A program made the position numbers and the translations under genes. DNA of 64,000 nt from an archaeon (GTDB lineage Archaea; Nanobdellota; Nanobdellia; Woesearchaeales; GW2011-AR9), in assembly GCA_002688265.1 (NCBI GenBank), contig NZCK01000007.1, positions 33,685 to 97,684 of the forward strand, in the 5' to 3' direction. This document shows, piece after piece, positions 58,248 to 64,000 of the stretch. Under the pieces are notes generated by a model. It was not told the origin of the DNA, made no database searches, and saw only the letters and a list, made by a program, of their open reading frames with translations. Every line of letters starts with the position of its first letter. Position 1 is the stretch's first letter.

Positions 58248-59414
58248 TCATTCAGCATTAGGTGAAAAATTGTGTTGAGTTGTCATAAAATCACTCACAA
58301 CTGTGTATCTGTCTTTTATTGTTCGAAGATATTCATCTGAAGGATTATAACCTGCAATCCCTGCTTGCACAGAAGGAGAATTAATATCAAAAAAAAGCTG
58401 GTTGCCTAAAAATGCAGAGTATTCTCTGCGCATGTTTAACTGACCAATCAGATTAGTAGTATCTTCCCAATGACTATTGGTTTCTTCTGAATCCATAGTA
58501 TACCACAATAATTTTCCCTTTCTATTTCTAACAGCTGTCTTCCCACTCAAGATTTCTTTCTTCCAGAACTGCTTTAACATTTTTCTAAGCCTAACATTAT
58601 CTTTTTGTTGGGCTCTTCTTAACTGACCCATCTCTTGAAGTAAAACATCATCCCTTGGATTGTCAAAAGCTTTTTTAGCTGCAACAATATCTTTATACTC
58701 TTTCTCTACAGTAGCATACCTTACTTTTCGATCCTCAAGATTCTCTTGATACTCACTTAGAGAAAAATCTTCAGTTGCAATCACTGAATCTAAATCACTT
58801 AAAATATCTGAACTCATTTCTGAAAAAGCCAAATTATGCATGGCAATATATCTCTCATTTCCAGCAACTGCCCTTGACTCCAAAGATCCAGGATTTAATG
58901 TTGCTACCTTAGATCTTCCTAGTTTGTTGAACCCCCCAGGCACACTTAGCATACTATACATTGTCTCAAGAAAAGCAATTTCTTTTACTTGACCAGAACC
59001 ACAAGCTGGAGACCTGGCATTTGAACAACGCATAACCGCAAAATCGCTTCCTTCTCCAACCTCAGTATACAATTGAGCAGCAATAAAAGAAAAATCTGTT
59101 GGAACTAATTCCGTATACTGCCTAATCAAATCTTGATTTGTGACAGTTGCTTCCAAAAGCATTCTATCTTCATTTGATAATTCATGATGACTGGCAAGAT
59201 ATTCCGGCAATAATTCTTCTAGATTAGGAATTGCTCTAATTTGACTGTTATTAGTAACTATAGCAGTTGTAAGTTCTGAAGAAAGTTCTAAATTTTCTGC
59301 AGCTCCAGCACCCTTATCTGAACAAAACTGGGATTTAATTACAGCACCTAAACCTAACAAAGAAGCAGCCAAGATACCTGCTGTTGCAACCCTTAGTCTT
59401 TTGTTTTTCATCAC
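58248..59414 (-). CDS. Secreted hypothetical protein.
   Basis: N-terminal signal/anchor MMKNKRLRVATAGILAASLLGLGAV. 388 aa. No family recognised. Confidence 0.45.
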   Translation of the reverse strand: MMKNKRLRVATAGILAASLLGLGAVIKSQFCSDKGAGAAENLELSSELTTAIVTNNSQIRAIPNLEELLPEYLASHHELSNEDRMLLEATVTNQDLIRQYTELVPTDFSFIAAQLYTEVGEGSDFAVMRCSNARSPACGSGQVKEIAFLETMYSMLSVPGGFNKLGRSKVATLNPGSLESRAVAGNERYIAMHNLAFSEMSSDILSDLDSVIATEDFSLSEYQENLEDRKVRYATVEKEYKDIVAAKKAFDNPRDDVLLQEMGQLRRAQQKDNVRLRKMLKQFWKKEILSGKTAVRNRKGKLLWYTMDSEETNSHWEDTTNLIGQLNMRREYSAFLGNQLFFDINSPSVQAGIAGYNPSDEYLRTIKDRYTVVSDFMTTQHNFSPNAE

Positions 59415-59509
59415 TTTGTGGTGATGGCGTCTTTTTTATAAGGTTTTTGATTATTATTATAGAAAATTTCCCCAACCCTTTAAATACTACTTATCTTTGT
59501 TTTTTGCTT

Positions 59510-60877
59510 ATGTTACGAACACACACTTGTGGAGAATTATCGAAGGCCAATGCAGGCGAGACCGTTACTTTAGCTGGATGGATAAATTCAGCTAGAATTT
59601 CTAGTAAAATTGGGTTTTTGGATCTTAGAGATCGATATGGGAAAACACAAGTGTTTATTGGCAAAAATTTAGTTGAACAGTGTGCAGGATTACATAGAGA
59701 AGATATTATTTCAGTAACAGGTACAGTAAAAGCTCGCCCGGAAAATCAAGTGAAAGGTGCTGGCACCGGAGAAATAGAACTTAGTGCCAAATCTGTTGAA
59801 GTTTTGAAAAAAGTTCCAGAACTACCTTTAGAATTCTCTGGAGACATTGAAAGTACGGAAGAGACTAGACTAAAATATCGTTATTTAGATTTGCGAAGCT
59901 CTGAAATGCAACACGCACTTTTAATTCGTCACAAATTAGTAAAAGCAATTAGAGACTTTTTAGACACTGAGAAATTCTTAGACATTGAAACACCAATCTT
60001 AGCAAAAGCAACACCAGAAGGAGCACGAGATTATGTTGTGCCTTCACGAACTTTCCCTCACAGTTTTTTTGCTCTACCACAATCACCACAAGTTTTCAAA
60101 CAACTGTTGATGATCGCTGGGTACGATAAATATTTTCAAATCGCAAGATGTTTCCGTGATGAAGACCTAAGAGCAGATCGGCAACCAGAATTCACTCAAC
60201 TGGACTTAGAGATGAGTTTTGTGGAAGAAGAAGATCTGTATAACTTGATTGAAAGATTAATGCAATATGTGTTTAAACAAGTTTTAGACGTTGAGATAAA
60301 AGTTCCGTTTGTTCGACTTACACATGCTGAATCTATGAAAAAATATAATTCCGACAAACCAGATTTACGAAAAGAAATTGGTGAAGATTTTGCGTTTGTT
60401 TGGATCACAGAATTTCCTATGTTTGAGTGGAGTGAAACACAAAACAGATTCTTAGCAGAACATCACCCCTTCACTGCACCAAAAGCTGAAGACATTGAAT
60501 TTTTACACACTGATAAAGCCAAGGTGCGTTCACGAGGATATGATTTGGCACTAAACGGACTCGAATTAGGTGGAGGATCAATCAGAATCCATGATGAAAA
60601 ACTACAATCTGAAGTTTTCAAAGCCCTGGGACTCGACGATGCTCAAGTAGAACGTAAATTTGGATTTTTATTGGAGGCACTTAAATTTGCACCACCTCAT
60701 GGAGGCCTAGCTTTTGGACTCGATAGATGGGCGATGATAATGGCAGGCAAGGATAATATTCGAGAAGTGATCGCTTTTCCAAAGAATAAAGATGCCAGAG
60801 ATTTGATGCTTGACTCCCCATCAATTATTTCAAAAGAACAGTTAGATGAATTGGCTGTCGCTTTGAAGAAAAAATAA
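59510..60877 (+). CDS. aspS: Aspartyl-tRNA synthetase (class IIb).
   Basis: OB-fold N-domain (FLDLRDRYG). Class II motif 2 is FRDEDLRADRQPEFTQLD and motif 3 is GGGSIRIHD...GLDR. TATA-like tttaaatac lies about 24 nt upstream. The track ORF 59384 start is trimmed to the ATG at 59510. Confidence 0.85.
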   Translation: MLRTHTCGELSKANAGETVTLAGWINSARISSKIGFLDLRDRYGKTQVFIGKNLVEQCAGLHREDIISVTGTVKARPENQVKGAGTGEIELSAKSVEVLKKVPELPLEFSGDIESTEETRLKYRYLDLRSSEMQHALLIRHKLVKAIRDFLDTEKFLDIETPILAKATPEGARDYVVPSRTFPHSFFALPQSPQVFKQLLMIAGYDKYFQIARCFRDEDLRADRQPEFTQLDLEMSFVEEEDLYNLIERLMQYVFKQVLDVEIKVPFVRLTHAESMKKYNSDKPDLRKEIGEDFAFVWITEFPMFEWSETQNRFLAEHHPFTAPKAEDIEFLHTDKAKVRSRGYDLALNGLELGGGSIRIHDEKLQSEVFKALGLDDAQVERKFGFLLEALKFAPPHGGLAFGLDRWAMIMAGKDNIREVIAFPKNKDARDLMLDSPSIISKEQLDELAVALKKK

Positions 60878-60929
60878 AGTTGATTTAATTATTATTCTAT
60901 TTTTTTTATCTTTTATGTTATTATTATTA

Positions 60930-61376
60930 TTATGAATTAAACCCGTGACAATAATCTCCAAACTTTACACCATAAGGTTTACCCCAAAGATCAACATTGA
61001 TTGTTTTGTTTTTACTAATTTTTATTTGAAGGTATTGATGAGGAGAAATATACCAAACAAATGACCATTTTAACTTAATATCATCTTCTTTGAACATTTT
61101 GCTTTTGATCAACAAAATTCTTATCAAGAGATTTATTTTTGGGCAATGAAGAAAACCAGGTTTTGACCAAATTCGGTTAAGGTTAAGATCAAACAATTCG
61201 AAAAATCTCAAGTAGGTGAGCCCACGGTAACCCCGATACCTGTTTGAAATAAAATTATAAACTTCTCTCAGAACTACTTCTTTACTCCTAGATTTTTTTA
61301 AACTATTTGCAAATTCTTGCATCTCTGAAGGGAGCTTGCTAGGAATTTTAGCTTTGGAAAATAAATTGAAACACAT
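60930..61376 (-). CDS. Transglutaminase-like cysteine-protease-fold small protein.
   Basis: Candidate Cys-His-Asp triad at PGFLHCPKINLLIRILL, FVWYISPHQYLQI and NVDLWG. The spacing resembles the transglutaminase-core/lasso-peptide B2-type fold. Tentative. Confidence 0.35.
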   Translation of the reverse strand: MCFNLFSKAKIPSKLPSEMQEFANSLKKSRSKEVVLREVYNFISNRYRGYRGLTYLRFFELFDLNLNRIWSKPGFLHCPKINLLIRILLIKSKMFKEDDIKLKWSFVWYISPHQYLQIKISKNKTINVDLWGKPYGVKFGDYCHGFNS

Positions 61377-61377
61377 T

Positions 61378-62022
61378 TTATTTGCTCTTGAATGTTTTTA
61401 GTAATTCCTTCATTGCTTTTTTGGAATTTTCTGCTTTCATTAGATATGAACCTGAAATAAAAATATCTGCTCCTGCACTTTTGCATAATTTAAGATGTTC
61501 GGGATTCATAGACCCATCGATGATTATCTTTGTTTGAAACTTGTTCTTTTTAATGTAATCTTTAACTTGTTTGATTTTTTTTAATTGACTTTTCTGAAAC
61601 TTACTACCATAAAAACCTGGTTTGACAGTTAGAATCAAAACATAATCTAATCCAGAGATTATTGTTTTCAATTTTGTGAAAGTGGTTTTGGGCAATACAG
61701 CCATTGCGACTACAATCTTTTCTTTCTGACAAAATTTTAAGTAACTATCAGGATTATTAAAAACTTCAAAATGAGGGAAAAATAATTGGATTCTTCTTTT
61801 GTTTTTTCTGATAAAAGGCAGAGGTTTATTTATCATCAAATGCGCAGAATATTCTAAATTGCGTTTTAATCTGAATGGGAATTGTAATATTTTGTTTGGA
61901 GCAAATCTACCATCGACAACATCTAAATGAACCACTTTGCTGATAGTAATTGCTTTAGATAATTGACTACTTAATTCAGATTGAGACTTTGCCATAATTG
62001 ATGGCCAAATTGAAGATTGCAT
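61378..62022 (-). CDS. rpe: Ribulose-phosphate 3-epimerase.
   Basis: VHLDVVDGRFAPN, AHLMINKP, VLILTVKPGFYGSKFQ, IIIDGSMN and AGADIFISGS match the Rpe metal and phosphate sites. Confidence 0.75.
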   Translation of the reverse strand: MQSSIWPSIMAKSQSELSSQLSKAITISKVVHLDVVDGRFAPNKILQFPFRLKRNLEYSAHLMINKPLPFIRKNKRRIQLFFPHFEVFNNPDSYLKFCQKEKIVVAMAVLPKTTFTKLKTIISGLDYVLILTVKPGFYGSKFQKSQLKKIKQVKDYIKKNKFQTKIIIDGSMNPEHLKLCKSAGADIFISGSYLMKAENSKKAMKELLKTFKSK

Positions 62023-62049
62023 TTTTAGTAAAATTAATTTTTGTGGTTA

Positions 62050-62538
62050 CTATTTGAAATTTTGTTTTTCTATTCTCTTGATCTTATTAATCCTCCTTAC
62101 ATGCCTTTGGGCTTTGCTTGGTTTAGCTGCCAAGAATTCTAAAACAAGTAATTTGGCTTTTTTAATTACCACCCTATCTGCTGGCATACAAATTACATTA
62201 GCATGATCATGTTTAACTGCAAGCTCAGTTTGCTCTTTCTGTTCCACTATTGCGGCCCTGATTCCTTTAAACTTGTTGGCAGTTATACAAACACCCTCTG
62301 CTGATCCACAAATAAGTAATCCCTTAGATTGAAATTTTGATGCTTGAACTTTTTTTGCAACTTGTTTGGCGTAATCTGGATAGTCATCATCTTTTTTGTA
62401 GTTGAGATCTCCACAATCGATAAAAGAAATATTTTGTTTTATTAGAAACTGCTTTATTTGTTCTTTAAGCTGAAAGCCACGATGATCCGCACCTAAGTAA
62501 AGCAAGTTTTGTACTTTTTTTGTTGCCATCCCAATCAA
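62050..62538 (-). CDS. rpiB: Ribose-5-phosphate isomerase B (RpiB/LacAB family).
   Basis: LGADHRGFQLKEQIKQFL and the catalytic LICGSAEGVCITANKFKGIRAA region. Confidence 0.8.
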   Translation of the reverse strand: MIGMATKKVQNLLYLGADHRGFQLKEQIKQFLIKQNISFIDCGDLNYKKDDDYPDYAKQVAKKVQASKFQSKGLLICGSAEGVCITANKFKGIRAAIVEQKEQTELAVKHDHANVICMPADRVVIKKAKLLVLEFLAAKPSKAQRHVRRINKIKRIEKQNFK

Positions 62539-62606
62539 AGAAAAGTATTTTTTGCTTATAATGTTTGCTATTTGGCTTTGGAGAAGAGAATAATTGAGAT
62601 TAATTC

Positions 62607-62737
62607 TTGGCGCGGGTCAGGCTGAGCCACACCATAGCACTGCGCACCCATTTTGTATCTTGCCTTGAGCAAAACAAAATACTTGTGCTAAATTGTTAAT
62701 TTCACTTGATATTCCAGCGAGGGGACCCACGCGCCAA
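62607..62737. ncRNA. GC-rich structured element D (TTGGCGCGGG...CCCACGCGCCAA-flanked). Related to element C in opposite orientation.
   Basis: Terminal helix ttggcgcgggtc/gacccacgcgccaa. It contains gcactgcgcacccattttgtatc, the reverse complement of C's gatacaaaat..tgcgcag block. A cgcc-aaa-ggcg-tttt hairpin plus T-run lies at its 3' edge. It sits in the divergent promoter region between rpiB and the arginase-like gene. Confidence 0.35.
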
Positions 62738-62798
62738 AGGCGTTTTATTGGGAGCAGAATACGAAAGCTAAATAAACCCGTTTTGAGTTATTTACTTC

Positions 62799-63455
62799 AT
62801 GAGGTTGATTTTTGACAGCGAGGCATTCAAAGGCATAGCCTTAAGAGCCAGTAAAGAAGAGATAACAGAAGAAGGAATTCCTATCGATTTTAAAGTACAT
62901 GCTCGTGAAGGAATTATGTTTGGAGCCAAAGAAGAAAGAAAAATTTTCTTATCAGCTAACATTATTTCTAGCCTAGAACATATAAGGCACTTTATTCTAG
63001 AAAAGAAAAATCCAGGAGTGATTATTATCTCAGATCGACCATATTTGCACGCAAACGAATTAATGAATAAAATTCTCCTAAACAAGATTATTAGACCACA
63101 CAACATCATTTTTTTAGGACAACATATCTATGCGAAAGCTGAACGCACATTCATAACACAAAATCGATTTCATTCTTTTCCAATGCGAGAAATTAGCATA
63201 GAAGGACATATGGAAGTTAGTGAGTCAGTGATGTCAATTGCTAAAAAATGGTCTGATTGCTTTATTCTTGTCGATAGCACCTGCTTAGATAGCTCTGTTG
63301 CTAAAACTAATTGGGCAGGAGGACTAACCTTAAGAGAATTAATCTTCTTTGTACAAAGATTTAAACGACTACATAACTTTAAAGCAAGTGAACTGGTGAT
63401 TCCACCTGCAGCTAAGAAAATTGCAGTGAAATTGTTGGTTGAAATGTATAGATGA
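62799..63455 (+). CDS. Arginase/agmatinase-family-like protein. It is short and possibly catalytically degenerate.
   Basis: The C-terminal LVDSTCLDSSVAKTNWAGGLTLRELIFF resembles the ureohydrolase S-x-D-x-D...GGLT motif. The N-terminal GGDHS/DAH metal motifs are not evident. 218 aa. Confidence 0.45.
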   Translation: MRLIFDSEAFKGIALRASKEEITEEGIPIDFKVHAREGIMFGAKEERKIFLSANIISSLEHIRHFILEKKNPGVIIISDRPYLHANELMNKILLNKIIRPHNIIFLGQHIYAKAERTFITQNRFHSFPMREISIEGHMEVSESVMSIAKKWSDCFILVDSTCLDSSVAKTNWAGGLTLRELIFFVQRFKRLHNFKASELVIPPAAKKIAVKLLVEMYR

Positions 63456-63462
63456 ATGATAT

Positions 63463-64000
63463 TTAAGCAACATCATCCAAATTCTTTGATAAATCTACTA
63501 CATGAGGTCTTAGATTTAGATTATGGCCAACACCGTAATGTAACCTTTTATTGTGAAAAACCTCTGTTGCCCCAACAATTAAATCATCTGTTTTGCTGAA
63601 TAAATCATAACTAAATGGAAGATCAGGACTTAAAATTCTAGGCAAACCACTGCCACCATGAGGCCTGGCAATATCAAAAATAAATGTTTTATTATCTGGA
63701 TCACTCACTACAATAAATGAATGTGGGCTTAATCCATCCCTAATTGATCTTGTATAAACCCCACCCATATAAGATGAAGAGAACCCTTCTTCTAAACAAC
63801 CTTGAAGTAAATATTGTCCCATAGCTGCTTGTTCTGCACACATCGCGAATCCAACTAAGTCACTTAATTTAAGGACGTTTCCGGCACATGAAAATTTTAG
63901 ATCCCTTTCATTAGAATTAATCGAATCAATAGAATCTAAAGCAAAAACTTTTCGAACCTTTTTTTGAACAGTATCTGTTACAGCGAATAAATATGGGTCT
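63463..64000 (-). CDS. Hypothetical protein, 5'-partial (N-terminus beyond window end).
   Basis: The minus-strand frame is open from 63463 to the window edge (more than 178 codons). No family assigned. Confidence 0.4.
   Translation of the reverse strand, partial: DPYLFAVTDTVQKKVRKVFALDSIDSINSNERDLKFSCAGNVLKLSDLVGFAMCAEQAAMGQYLLQGCLEEGFSSSYMGGVYTRSIRDGLSPHSFIVVSDPDNKTFIFDIARPHGGSGLPRILSPDLPFSYDLFSKTDDLIVGATEVFHNKRLHYGVGHNLNLRPHVVDLSKNLDDVA

Noticed and set aside
1-64000. Global stop-codon reassignment (TGA or TAA read as sense) to explain the split genes at 20683 and 36175.
   Set aside because: TAA, TAG and TGA all serve as unambiguous terminators of well-supported genes in this window: TGA at 3319 (PIN gene), 51069 (D-aminoacylase) and 53087; TAA in most genes; TAG at nrdJ and the cofD-like gene. 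So the two cases are local events (pseudogene, error or site-specific readthrough).

Overview
This 64 kb window is an AT-rich archaeal chromosomal segment, roughly one-third GC by eye. It is densely packed with mostly short-spaced genes, about 70 CDS plus two tRNAs. Archaeal identity is supported by r-proteins S19e, L39e, L31e and S3Ae, by Cbf5 and SRP54, by an intron-containing tRNA-Phe with no encoded CCA, by a FlaI/TadA-type ATPase with a TadC/ArlJ-like platform protein, and by TATA boxes about 25 nt upstream of several ATGs (leaderless-style). Lys-rich C-terminal tails and the small-genome feel suggest a DPANN-like lineage; that is inference.

Housekeeping content I can recognise:
- class II (B12) ribonucleotide reductase with an ATP cone, PyrB, PRPP synthetase, an XPD/Rad3 helicase, a family-4 UDG
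- UbiB kinase, a SET-domain methyltransferase, SRP54, GlmU-like, CofD/YvcK-like plus HAD
- glutamate dehydrogenase, AspRS, Rpe plus RpiB, an S2P/M50 protease, an ICMT-family methyltransferase

The most notable unexplained content is non-coding. There are at least six discrete GC-rich, strongly self-complementary islands in an otherwise AT-rich sequence. Two of them (3343-3486 and 53277-53425) are clearly homologous copies in opposite orientation, and their terminal helices covary. Two others (46741-46854 and 62607-62737) share TTGGCGCG...CGCGCCAA ends. A fifth (8991-9160) has a perfect 14-bp terminal inverted repeat. None matches tRNA, 5S, SRP RNA or RNase P motifs that I can recognise.

Other points of interest:
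- a type IV pilus-like locus with an embedded membrane-anchored papain-like protease, and a tandem triplet of paralogous unknown membrane proteins next to it
- an overlapping-gene operon of Asp/Glu racemase, D-aminoacylase and an ATP-grasp ligase, followed by an unknown gene, suggesting D-amino-acid peptide chemistry
- a PIN-domain gene interrupted by an in-frame TAA and followed by 148 stop-free codons with no start codon
- a frameshifted MopE-repeat/LamG lipoprotein, and an unannotated L39e gene found by reading the sequence

No CRISPR array, rRNA, transposase or integrase was seen. All coordinates and calls come from reading the sequence and ORF track by eye; no database searches were run.
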